From a virus, in IMG/VR virus record IMGVR_UViG_3300000095_000002, positions 1,258-65,257 of that record: a stretch of 64,000 nucleotides of DNA. One strand, written 5' to 3'. A program made the translations under genes and the position numbers. The stretch's first letter is position 1. Each line of letters begins with the position of its first letter. The notes below the pieces were generated by a model, which saw nothing but the letters and a program-made list of their open reading frames with translations, did no database searches and was not told the DNA's origin. Of this stretch, positions 48,911 to 57,807 are shown in pieces.

Positions 48911-49765
48911 TCAACTATTCTCTTCAATATACATTTGTCTAGCTAACTCATTAATAGCAGGAACTACTTTATCCATGTTCATAGAGTAGAGATTAGCACA
49001 GGAGAAAGAGTTAAGTTCTATTACTCCTAATTCTCTTGTATTTAAGTTTTCTCCTATATCAACGGTAAATGCTCTATCTGGTATAAATAAATTTTTATCT
49101 TCTAAAACTGTCTTTAAATACTCTTTCGCTTCTTCTTCTTCTTTATATATGCTAAATCCATCAAAACTGTATTTACAACCATCTATTACTTTTCTATCTA
49201 CTACTAAGAATCTATATTCTCTACCTATGTTCTTTTTATCTGCTTTGATAACAATCTCGTTATCTCTTATTTGTTCAAGAATTTGACGTCTAGTAGCTAC
49301 AACACCAGTAAATCTCTTATCTCCTTCATTAGGTCTAAAGAAAAACTCTCGATTACCTGATATTTCCTCACAATTTTTTAGATAATTAATTTCTCTTTCT
49401 ATCAAGGATTTCATAGTTAACGACCAATCACTATTTAGGAGATATTTATCCCATGATGGATAGTAATTAGTACAATCAAAGTTTTTTAATGTACAAATAG
49501 AACCAGGATAAGCATCTAAATATCGGTCTATATATTTACTAGCTCTTAGACTTCCTACAAATATAGTCGGTACAGTAATTTCAGATTTCTCATACTTCCA
49601 ATTAAAGTCCCCATAATCAAAATAACTAAAAGGAATATTGTGTAGAGTTAAATATTCTACTAATCTATCTGTATAATCTAGAACATCTGACTCAATAATC
49701 CACTCGACATTACTACTTTCCATATAAAATCTCCTAATGAATTGATTGACTATGAATTTTCTCAT
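48911..49765 (-). CDS. ATP-grasp protein (R2K/DUF4343-like)
   Basis: FFRPNEGDKRFTGVV...REYRFLVVD...FTVDIGE...VIELNSFSCANLY. The true start may be 49723. Confidence 0.75.
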   Translation of the reverse strand: MRKFIVNQFIRRFYMESSNVEWIIESDVLDYTDRLVEYLTLHNIPFSYFDYGDFNWKYEKSEITVPTIFVGSLRASKYIDRYLDAYPGSICTLKNFDCTNYYPSWDKYLLNSDWSLTMKSLIEREINYLKNCEEISGNREFFFRPNEGDKRFTGVVATRRQILEQIRDNEIVIKADKKNIGREYRFLVVDRKVIDGCKYSFDGFSIYKEEEEAKEYLKTVLEDKNLFIPDRAFTVDIGENLNTRELGVIELNSFSCANLYSMNMDKVVPAINELARQMYIEENS

Positions 49766-50219
49766 CTTCTCTTATAGTAGATAATATTTTAATATCTAAC
49801 TTATATAGAGAATTATTAGTGATATACCTTAGACACTTCACCATATACAAAAGAAGTGAGTAATATAAATAAGCTATCTTCTCCCCATTTTGTACAAACT
49901 TTAATAAATCTCTTGTAGAATAGCTAGACGCAGGTTTTCCTCTAAAGATTATATAAAATAATGGATTTCTTATAGATAACTTATTATTTACTTTCTTTTT
50001 CTCATTTTTATATTGTATAGACTCTACTAGATATTTAGATGGTATAGTCTCCTCTCGTTTATCTAATAGAGAATACAACATCTTAGAATGTTTCTTTTCT
50101 TCTATAGCTAATTGATTAAAGAAGCTAGAATACTCATCATTTCTACTAGATATCTTTTTATAGAAGTTAGATAGTGCATATTCATAATTAGCTAGTTTTC
50201 GATATATAAGACTTAACAA
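49734..50219 (-). CDS. Ferritin-like/rubrerythrin-fold protein
   Basis: E...FY...LAIEEKKH...GEKIAY..Y...IREDEKIH, giving two ExxH motifs. Confidence 0.7.
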   Translation of the reverse strand: MLSLIYRKLANYEYALSNFYKKISSRNDEYSSFFNQLAIEEKKHSKMLYSLLDKREETIPSKYLVESIQYKNEKKKVNNKLSIRNPLFYIIFRGKPASSYSTRDLLKFVQNGEKIAYLYYSLLLYMVKCLRYITNNSLYKLDIKILSTIREDEKIHSQSIH

Positions 50220-51972
50220 AACTTTTAAACTTATTAAAGATTACTCTTATTATAAATTTAAAGTCTAAATCTTGTATATTGTTTAAAGTGAAATTCTTAA
50301 AAGAAAGATAGTAACAAAATAATCTAGTAAAACTTCTCTTAAACTCTACTTTATCTACTACATATGTCTGAAGTATGTTTTTACCTATAGACACTAAATC
50401 TCTTTTATTACTAGAGAGTGAATCGTTTAGTCTTCTATAAGTTACTAAATACTCTTTTGTAGATTTGAAAGTTGCTACTTGAGATAATTGAATAAAAAAA
50501 TCCCAATCTTCACATACATTATAAGCTGTACAAAACTTTATATCATTTTCTCTTATTACTTCTGATTTAATAAAAAGATTAGAACCACATCCTAAAAAGT
50601 TATATTGAATAGCATCTTTAAAGACATCTCCATTACAAATTTTAGTTTTATTTTTAGTTACTACGTCTCCTCTCTTATCTAAAACTCTACTATAAACACA
50701 ATCTATATAAGGATATCTTTTGAATGTTTCAACTGATTTTTCTATTAATTGAGAGTCCCATATATCATCTGCATCACAAAAAGAAATAATATCTGATTTA
50801 CTTTCTTCTAGATTATTAGTAAGATACTGATCTATATCTATCCCTAAATTTCTAGTAGAAGAAACTCCTTTATGTTTAGCACCGTAATGTCCGTTAATCT
50901 CTTCTAACTTTTCTCTATTCTTAACAGATAACGACTTTCTAAACTCTTTTGCTATCATTTTACTTTTATCTGTACTAGCATCATCTACTACAATAATTCT
51001 TATATTTTGATATGTTTGATTAAGTATAGAAGTTAATGTCTGCTCTATATATTTCTCTTTGTTATATAAGGGAACTATTATTGTTACTAGAGGATCTTCT
51101 ACTTTGTTTAATTTCTTCTTACTAACTACTAAATCATATATAGTTTCTTTATTTATTGGATGTTCAAAGTAACTTCTTATATAATCAAATCTTTCTCTAT
51201 ATCTTTTACTAATACCTTCTTCTATTTGTTTAGATATATTTCTATCTCTAAGAGATTCAACTTCTTCTATAGTTTTTAATACATTTTCATGATGTTCTTC
51301 GTTATTTATACTAGGTATTACTTTTAATGTATTTTCTACTCTGTTATCTATGAGAGATTGAATATCTGCTTCAATATATAGTGAGTTTAATAAAAATTCT
51401 AGAGTTTTATATGGATTCTCAGTTAGTTCTCTATAAATAATACAAAAACTATAAGGAATAATAGCCGTATCCTTATACCAACTTATTTTTACTGAGTTCT
51501 CTAGTATATCTTTGCCATATACATACTTCTTAACTATAGAAGTGTTAGGTTCATTTCTCTTAGAGATTAGATTATTATATATTTCTACTAAAGCTTTTTC
51601 ATATTTTTCACAAGCTCCTAGTAAATCCATTTCTCCCCATATCTCTGAGTTATTTTTAGCAGCTTTTAATATAGAAAGAACAGTAGGAATAGGAGGTCGT
51701 ACAATATATAGAACATAAATATCTCTCTTACATATCTTTCTTAACTTCTCAATATCATCTAGATGAAAGACGTGTTCTGGAGTTTTCTCTATCACTATCT
51801 CTTGATTAAAAGAATCGAAATAATTAGCTACTTCTACTAGATTTCTTTCTTCTATGAGTTTTCTAGTTTCATATAAAATTTTAGTATTAGGTAATCCACA
51901 TAAGTAAGATAGTAATAAGGTACTACCAGACCTAGGTGAGTTGATTATAAAGATTAGTTTTTTATTATTCAT
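50188..51972 (-). CDS. Sulfotransferase + family 2 glycosyltransferase fusion
   Basis: The N-terminus has the PAPS-binding motifs SPRSGSTLL, EKTPEH and IVRPP. The C-terminus has the GT2 motifs IVPLYN, VDDASTD, FCDADD and EDWDF. Confidence 0.85.
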   Translation of the reverse strand: MNNKKLIFIINSPRSGSTLLLSYLCGLPNTKILYETRKLIEERNLVEVANYFDSFNQEIVIEKTPEHVFHLDDIEKLRKICKRDIYVLYIVRPPIPTVLSILKAAKNNSEIWGEMDLLGACEKYEKALVEIYNNLISKRNEPNTSIVKKYVYGKDILENSVKISWYKDTAIIPYSFCIIYRELTENPYKTLEFLLNSLYIEADIQSLIDNRVENTLKVIPSINNEEHHENVLKTIEEVESLRDRNISKQIEEGISKRYRERFDYIRSYFEHPINKETIYDLVVSKKKLNKVEDPLVTIIVPLYNKEKYIEQTLTSILNQTYQNIRIIVVDDASTDKSKMIAKEFRKSLSVKNREKLEEINGHYGAKHKGVSSTRNLGIDIDQYLTNNLEESKSDIISFCDADDIWDSQLIEKSVETFKRYPYIDCVYSRVLDKRGDVVTKNKTKICNGDVFKDAIQYNFLGCGSNLFIKSEVIRENDIKFCTAYNVCEDWDFFIQLSQVATFKSTKEYLVTYRRLNDSLSSNKRDLVSIGKNILQTYVVDKVEFKRSFTRLFCYYLSFKNFTLNNIQDLDFKFIIRVIFNKFKSFVKSYISKTS

Positions 51973-51973
51973 C

Positions 51974-52369
51974 TTATTTCTTCCTAATAATTTCTGGATC
52001 TTCTGACTCTTCGTATCTACTAAATCCTAAGAAGTCACCTGAATCATGACTAAGGTATGGGTCTATCCAATCTACGAAGTTCTCTATCTCATTAGAATAA
52101 TTTTTTAAATTACAACGGATACATAGAAAATATTGTTCTGCTATATCATCAAATCTTAGAGTAGAAACAGTATCAGCAGCAAAATAGTAACTATCACAAG
52201 TTAACATTCCATACCACCTCTGACTATTAGTAAATAAAGGATGAAGAGGTATATTAATTTCTTCATACTCTCTATCGTGATAAATCATATCTTTTAGCAG
52301 ATTAATGATTTTCTGTGGGATATCTTTGCGTAATATAGCATTGAAATGAAATTCAGTGTACATTCCCAT
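51974..52369 (-). CDS. Hypothetical phage protein
   Basis: MGMYTE...NLKNYSNEIENFVDWIDPY. Confidence 0.65.
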   Translation of the reverse strand: MGMYTEFHFNAILRKDIPQKIINLLKDMIYHDREYEEINIPLHPLFTNSQRWYGMLTCDSYYFAADTVSTLRFDDIAEQYFLCIRCNLKNYSNEIENFVDWIDPYLSHDSGDFLGFSRYEESEDPEIIRKK

Positions 52370-52373
52370 AGTT

Positions 52374-52607
52374 CTAATTCTCCAATATGTAGATAGTTAA
52401 GTCTTCTAATACGTCTGTAAAATTACCAGAAAATAACACTTTATCTTTTTTCTTAATTTCATAAGTAGTTTCTAATAATTTATCTGATCTTACTACTTTT
52501 GCATTTATTTTATTTGCTAGTGTTTCTAATGTTTGTTCTGGATATTCAGCACTATAAGCAACGTAATCTACTAGAAATCGAATTACTTCACGTTTAGATT
52601 TTTTCAT
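52374..52607 (-). CDS. Hypothetical protein
   Basis: Clean ORF in the - strand operon. Confidence 0.55.
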   Translation of the reverse strand: MKKSKREVIRFLVDYVAYSAEYPEQTLETLANKINAKVVRSDKLLETTYEIKKKDKVLFSGNFTDVLEDLTIYILEN

Positions 52608-52673
52608 AGTAAGTAGTAGTCTCCTCTAGTTAATGTTAAACTTTTGAATAGATATAAATAATTATTAATACTA

Positions 52674-53969
52674 ATGAACCCAAACTTTCAAGAAGCTTTA
52701 TATACAACAAATCATTCCTCTAAAATTTCTAGACTTTCTCAAAATGTAGTACAAGAAATTAGTAGAGATGACCCTAATTCTCTTACTGAATATCTTAAAA
52801 TGTTACATTCCGATCCTGTAGTAAAAGCTTGTGTAGACATCAAATGTCTAAGAGCTTCTAATACTTTCGGGATTTATCAGCATACTAAACCTGAAATTAC
52901 AGATTTTATGCAAGGAATGTTCGCTAATATGCGAGATACATTGAAAAAAAATGTAGGTGAACTAGCAATATGTACTGCATTGGGTTTCTCTGTAGCTGAA
53001 ATCAACTTTAAGATTGATAAGTCATATCTTGTGTTAGATAGTATTTATGCACTTAACTTAGAAAGAGTAAAGTTTAAAGGTAGTCGAGGATTTATTGAAT
53101 ACGTCATTTACTCAGATAATAAGAATACCAATATAGAAATCCCATATAAAAAAATCATTCATATTACTAACTCATCTTCTACTACTTTTAATGACCCGTT
53201 TGGAAGTGCAGAATGTAAAAGAGCTTATAAATATTCTCAAGCTAAAATGGCAATTCTCTCTGATATGGTACTTTCAGGTAGAAACTTAGCAACTGGAATT
53301 TTAGTAGGCAAGGTAGATAGTAATATTAGCACTGTAATGATAGATATGTACGGTAATCCATTAATCGGAGCTAACGGTCAACCTGTTAAGAAGGGCGCTC
53401 ATCAAGCTCTATATGAAAAGTTAATTGCTTTAGAAAATCATTCAGTGTTAGTGACAGATAAAGCTAATGATATTATGCCAATCTCAGTACCAGATGGAAG
53501 TCAGTTCTGGATTAATGCACTTCGACAATTAGACCAATATATAATGAGAAGTTTCGGTGTACCTTCCTTAATATTTGAAGAAGGTTCTGGAGCTTTAGGT
53601 GTCGCTACATTATCTGTTAAACAATCAACTCTTCTAGACGCAACAGTAGAAGTCATTGTAAATCAAATCCAAGACCAGATTATAGAGAAAGTCTGCAAAC
53701 CTATTATCTTATGGAACTTCGGTAAACAGAAAGATTATGGTAAGTTCGCTATTGATTCTAGTTCTGATCCAGGAGTTGAAATGCAACAACTTCAAAATAT
53801 ATTTACTGCTATATCGATGGGAATCTTTAGTGCAGATGACCCAGTAGTGAGCAATAGAATTAGAGGTGTACTTAATCTTCCAATTCAAACAGAGAAAGAG
53901 ATTGAAGAAGCTAAAGCTCTAAAACAAATAGAACAACAAAGCCAAATGCAACAATCTCCTCCAATCTAA
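52674..53969 (+). CDS. Portal protein (Mu gp29/DUF935-like)
   Basis: MLHSDPVVKACV...ALGFSVAEI...KIIH...DPFGSAECKRAY...LDQYIMRS...QIIEKVCKPIILWNFG, 431 aa. Confidence 0.85.
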   Translation: MNPNFQEALYTTNHSSKISRLSQNVVQEISRDDPNSLTEYLKMLHSDPVVKACVDIKCLRASNTFGIYQHTKPEITDFMQGMFANMRDTLKKNVGELAICTALGFSVAEINFKIDKSYLVLDSIYALNLERVKFKGSRGFIEYVIYSDNKNTNIEIPYKKIIHITNSSSTTFNDPFGSAECKRAYKYSQAKMAILSDMVLSGRNLATGILVGKVDSNISTVMIDMYGNPLIGANGQPVKKGAHQALYEKLIALENHSVLVTDKANDIMPISVPDGSQFWINALRQLDQYIMRSFGVPSLIFEEGSGALGVATLSVKQSTLLDATVEVIVNQIQDQIIEKVCKPIILWNFGKQKDYGKFAIDSSSDPGVEMQQLQNIFTAISMGIFSADDPVVSNRIRGVLNLPIQTEKEIEEAKALKQIEQQSQMQQSPPI

Positions 53970-54224
53970 TTAATAGATAGCAGGTAAAAGTTCAACTATT
54001 GTACCTTTATAATAGAGATTAAAATCTTCTTGATAACCTCCATCCTCTCGATAATGTTCTTCTACATAAACTCCCCAATTACCATAAAATTTAATAAAAG
54101 AGTCATTATCTAATCTAATATCTTTCTTAAAATTCTCTATGACAGTTTCTAAATATGCTATAGAAATATCTGTCTTTATCTCAAGAATTCTTTGGAAATC
54201 AGAACTAATAAATATTACTCTCAT
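53970..54224 (-). CDS. Hypothetical protein
   Basis: Clean ORF with a GGAGG RBS upstream. Confidence 0.6.
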   Translation of the reverse strand: MRVIFISSDFQRILEIKTDISIAYLETVIENFKKDIRLDNDSFIKFYGNWGVYVEEHYREDGGYQEDFNLYYKGTIVELLPAIY

Positions 54225-54356
54225 TTTCTTCCTCCAATAGTTCTTCTAACCAAGACTTAACTTCTTCTTTACTAAGTTCATCTAGAAACTCTCTAGCACT
54301 AGAAAATTTAGAGAGTTTAGATTCAGGGGGTATTATGATAATTTCTCTTCTTCTAT

Positions 54357-54887
54357 CTATTCTTTATAGAGTTTAGCTTTTAATATTCTAAGAGCCATTG
54401 CCTCGTTATCCTGCTTAGTTTGTTCTTCTTTACATTGAACTTTGATATTAGTAGGCTTATGTATTACTTCTACTACTTCTTCACCCATTCCTATATCTGG
54501 AAAAGAAAGTCTAAAACATTTCCTAGATACTTCTCTAGGCTTAAACTCAAAATCATCAGGAGCTTCTGGATAAATCTTTATATCTAGCATTACACTTTGA
54601 TAAGCTACTACTTTAGTTAAATCTTTCTTATCAAATACTGGAATTCTAGTTTTTCGTTGTCTACCTTCTTGTTCTTTAAATTTACTAGAAGCATCTTCTT
54701 CTATAATCTCCAACATTAAATATTCAAAACCATTACCATAGGTATTCCATCTTTCACTTACTATCTTTATTTTTCCTTCTCTATCTTTAACTTCTTGAGA
54801 ATACTGAATATATAAATCATTAATCCAAGCATAAGTTTCTTCGCAATGATTAATTGGATTGAATTCTACAAATATAATTTCCATCAT
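54357..54887 (-). CDS. Class I peptide release factor-like protein lacking GGQ
   Basis: GRQRKTRIPVF...IYPE..DDFEF.P...VIHKPTNIKVQC...N...ALRILKAKLY is colinear with RF2 domains 2-3. Confidence 0.7.
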   Translation of the reverse strand: MMEIIFVEFNPINHCEETYAWINDLYIQYSQEVKDREGKIKIVSERWNTYGNGFEYLMLEIIEEDASSKFKEQEGRQRKTRIPVFDKKDLTKVVAYQSVMLDIKIYPEAPDDFEFKPREVSRKCFRLSFPDIGMGEEVVEVIHKPTNIKVQCKEEQTKQDNEAMALRILKAKLYKE

Positions 54888-54895
54888 TTCTTCTA

Positions 54896-55123
54896 CTAGA
54901 TATATTTAGCCCAACTGTTCATTTCATCATCCAAGAACCAATCAAGTTCCTCTAATAAAGTAGTATCTTCTTCAGATATACTCATTATTTCTGAGTAAGT
55001 ATACCCGAAATATAGTTTATCTTCTACTATATCAATAAAGCATCTAGGTTCATAGCTTAAAAGAATTCTCATACCTTCTAATACTTGAAAGGTAGAATTC
55101 ATTTTTACATCTTCTATAATCAC
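54896..55123 (-). CDS. Small acidic hypothetical protein
   Basis: ISEEDTTLLEELDWF resembles segments of 55133 and 57800. Confidence 0.6.
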   Translation of the reverse strand: MIIEDVKMNSTFQVLEGMRILLSYEPRCFIDIVEDKLYFGYTYSEIMSISEEDTTLLEELDWFLDDEMNSWAKYI

Positions 55124-55132
55124 TTATGTCAT

Positions 55133-55402
55133 TTAATAGTCTCTATTAGATAAATACCAACCATACTGATACTTCCAAAAGAAAGTAGTAATAGAATCCC
55201 CTACCTTACTAAACTCCCATCCCCATTCTTTTAAATCTTTCTTATCTTGTTCACCTATCTCTTTATCATCAGTATATAAGAGATAATACTCCCCTACACC
55301 TTCACAATGTAAATGAAGATTTGGATAATATCTTAGTAGAATTGAGAATCCTCTTAATAAACATTCAGTATCAAAATTTTGAGGTTGAGATATTTGTATC
55401 AT
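55133..55402 (-). CDS. Small hypothetical protein
   Basis: GFSILLRY...DKKDLKEWGW, with a GGAG RBS. Confidence 0.6.
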   Translation of the reverse strand: MIQISQPQNFDTECLLRGFSILLRYYPNLHLHCEGVGEYYLLYTDDKEIGEQDKKDLKEWGWEFSKVGDSITTFFWKYQYGWYLSNRDY

Positions 55403-55419
55403 ATTAACTCCTATAAAAA

Positions 55420-55519
55420 TGTCCTACTCACGAATCGAACGTGAATACTACCTCACATAAGAGGCTGCTCTGATCCAAAGGACTGTGTTTATCAGATCTT
55501 CCCATTGAGCTAGTAGGAC
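55420..55519 (-). ncRNA. tRNA-like RNA with a D-loop insertion and a 6-nt anticodon loop
   Basis: GTCCTAC/GTAGGAC acceptor, GCTC/GAGC D-stem with a 36-nt loop, GCCTC-TTATGT-GAGGT, and TCACG-TTCGATT-CGTGA T arm. Confidence 0.75.
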
Positions 55520-55530
55520 TTACAAGCTAA

Positions 55531-55713
55531 TTAATCTTTTGTATCCTCACTATTTTTATTCTTTTTCTCTTCCTCTTTACGTTTTTCGTAATCACTTATG
55601 TGTTCTCCAGTCCACGACTCATATAGTTCTTCTCTAATTAAAAGACCTCCAGCTACACAAGCAGCATTATAAGCAATAAAAAATCCAGTACCAATTATAC
55701 TCATAGGTTCCAT
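55531..55713 (-). CDS. Small membrane protein
   Basis: N-terminal hydrophobic helix, charged tail, GAGG RBS. Confidence 0.55.
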   Translation of the reverse strand: MEPMSIIGTGFFIAYNAACVAGGLLIREELYESWTGEHISDYEKRKEEEKKNKNSEDTKD

Positions 55714-55744
55714 AATCTTTTTACCTCTAGTTTTAAGTTAGTTC

Positions 55745-56452
55745 CTATTCTACCCATCCCAAAGCTTTAGAAATTACTGGAAACTGTTCTTTAAAAATAT
55801 CTTGTATAGCTAATGCAATTTCTCTATGTTCTTTTTGTACACCTTCTCCTAAAGCTCGTACTTGCAAGTAATGAATCCAATTTCTAAGATTATTTTTCAT
55901 ATATAGTCTAGTAGACATTGTGGTTGGTAGAATAAATCGTACACATTCTTTTGCATAACCTAGTTCTAATCCTTCTTGATATAACGCTAACCCTGACTGA
56001 AGATGTTCTTTGACACATTCTAAATAATTTCTATCTTTTTCATTTGCGTCTTCTCCAATTATTAGTTCTTCGGGTGAAACTAATCCTACAAATCCGAAAC
56101 TATTCTGACGATTTTTAGTATCTTGCAATCTAAACTCAATTGGTTCTAAGGATTCTACTTTCGCGTATCTAGCAGAAAACTCTTGAAATGTAGCACTTCT
56201 GTGTCTAAGAATTTGTGCTGAAATAGCTTTAGAAGTTGTAATCTCAACAGTCATATCTACTTGTTCAAAAATAGACCAATGTTGCTTTTTGATGCAGTAA
56301 TTAAGTAACTTATCCGCAGTATCTAAATTGCTTTGATTTTGTGGATTAGATACTCTAGCTACATAAACTACATATTCTTCAGGAGTTAGTCTTTTAGAGT
56401 CAATTTCAACAATAGGTTGAGTAATTGAAGTCAATTTAACTTGAGTAGTCAT
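55745..56452 (-). CDS. thyX: FAD-dependent thymidylate synthase
   Basis: HWSIFEQ, QILRHRSATFQEFSARY, AKECVRFILP, NLRNWIHY. Confidence 0.95.
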   Translation of the reverse strand: MTTQVKLTSITQPIVEIDSKRLTPEEYVVYVARVSNPQNQSNLDTADKLLNYCIKKQHWSIFEQVDMTVEITTSKAISAQILRHRSATFQEFSARYAKVESLEPIEFRLQDTKNRQNSFGFVGLVSPEELIIGEDANEKDRNYLECVKEHLQSGLALYQEGLELGYAKECVRFILPTTMSTRLYMKNNLRNWIHYLQVRALGEGVQKEHREIALAIQDIFKEQFPVISKALGWVE

Positions 56453-56510
56453 ATTTTTATTTCCTGTGAGTTATTTTGAACTAGAAAGTGTAAGTTGTTA
56501 AGAGATTTTA

Positions 56511-57137
56511 TTATTGGTCATACATTAGTTCCTCTACTCTTTCGTAACAATCATCGTAATATTTAGCTTCTCTTTCATCCAACTCTCTTAACTCTTTTTG
56601 TCTATATCTAGGTAATTCATCATTATCAAAATTAACTTCATCACTGTAAAGACCCTCCAAGTGTTCCCATAAGTCAAGAATTACTCTATCTTTCTCATTT
56701 TCTCTATATAAAAGCTCCTTAAATCTAGGAAACTCTTTCTTATACATTTTATAGAGCTTAAGGTTATTATCAATGCTAAACTCTGTATTTACAATTCTAT
56801 CGGCTAATTTAATAGTTAAAGCTGCATAGTTCTCTCTAGTTTTTGGAGCTGTCTTCTCAAGTATCTCTTTTCTATTTTTACCTGATTCATTGGTTAAATC
56901 AAATACTATATCTGCTACTTCACTACCAAATACGGATTTAAGAAGCTCGTAAGTAACAGGAGTATCTTCTAATGAATCATGTAACCAAGCACCGGAAAGT
57001 ACAATACCATCTATAACACCAAACTCTTGTAAAGTTAGAATTACTTCTTCAAGATGTTTTGTATAAGGTAACTCTCCATAAAACTGATTTTTATGTATTA
57101 ATCGTGCAAATAACTCAGCTTGTTCAACTAATAGCAT
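56511..57137 (-). CDS. HD-domain phosphohydrolase, RelA/SpoT (Mesh1/SAH)-like
   Basis: H..Q...PY..HL..V...AWLHDSLEDT...FG.EVA..V..LT...IKLADRI.N. Confidence 0.85.
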   Translation of the reverse strand: MLLVEQAELFARLIHKNQFYGELPYTKHLEEVILTLQEFGVIDGIVLSGAWLHDSLEDTPVTYELLKSVFGSEVADIVFDLTNESGKNRKEILEKTAPKTRENYAALTIKLADRIVNTEFSIDNNLKLYKMYKKEFPRFKELLYRENEKDRVILDLWEHLEGLYSDEVNFDNDELPRYRQKELRELDEREAKYYDDCYERVEELMYDQ

Positions 57138-57151
57138 AATTGTCTTTCACT

Positions 57152-57445
57152 TTAAGGTAAAGAATTTAAATCAAATAAAAGAGAATCTAACTTTACTTTT
57201 GTGTCTTCAATTTGCCATCGTAAATATTCTCTAAATTTCTTCAGAAAGTTATCTACCTCTTGCCTCATTCGACTCATTGTAGTCTCTTCACTATATTCAT
57301 AAATTGTTTTATTGTAATAATGATGATTAGTCCACCAAATATATTTATCGAACTTTTTATGATAAATAGTACCAACATATACGGGTTCATCTTTCTCTGT
57401 ATAACAAGCGGTTAAGTAGAATCCTTTATAATTCTCTCTTATCAT
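57152..57445 (-). CDS. Hypothetical protein
   Basis: Clean ORF with an ATGA overlap. Confidence 0.6.
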   Translation of the reverse strand: MIRENYKGFYLTACYTEKDEPVYVGTIYHKKFDKYIWWTNHHYYNKTIYEYSEETTMSRMRQEVDNFLKKFREYLRWQIEDTKVKLDSLLFDLNSLP

Positions 57446-57807
57446 ATACTTTCTTTACTCATCCAATTGAGACAATTAATAATTATATCTCCATGACATT
57501 TCTCATCTTCTTTACACCAACAAACTAATTTTAATGGTTCATGTCCTAATTCTTCCCTAAATCTAATATCCGCTAATAACCAATCAAGTGTTTCTTTAGC
57601 TTCAGTATTAGCTTTAATTTGTTCCCACAACCATCTTCTATATTTCTGTACTACTTCTTCTCTTGTACCGTCCTTACCAATTTTATAAGGATTAGCTAAT
57701 GTAGATTGAGGTAAACCAGTATATTTACTACCACGACCAATATAAAAACAATCTTTGTCAAACTCTATATTTTTTATGCAAACTCTTTTTACATTTAACT
57801 TATTCAT
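57442..57807 (-). CDS. DUF4326-family protein
   Basis: YIGRGS...LANPYKIGKDGTREEVVQKY...LVCWC....CHGDII. Confidence 0.85.
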   Translation of the reverse strand: MNKLNVKRVCIKNIEFDKDCFYIGRGSKYTGLPQSTLANPYKIGKDGTREEVVQKYRRWLWEQIKANTEAKETLDWLLADIRFREELGHEPLKLVCWCKEDEKCHGDIIINCLNWMSKESI

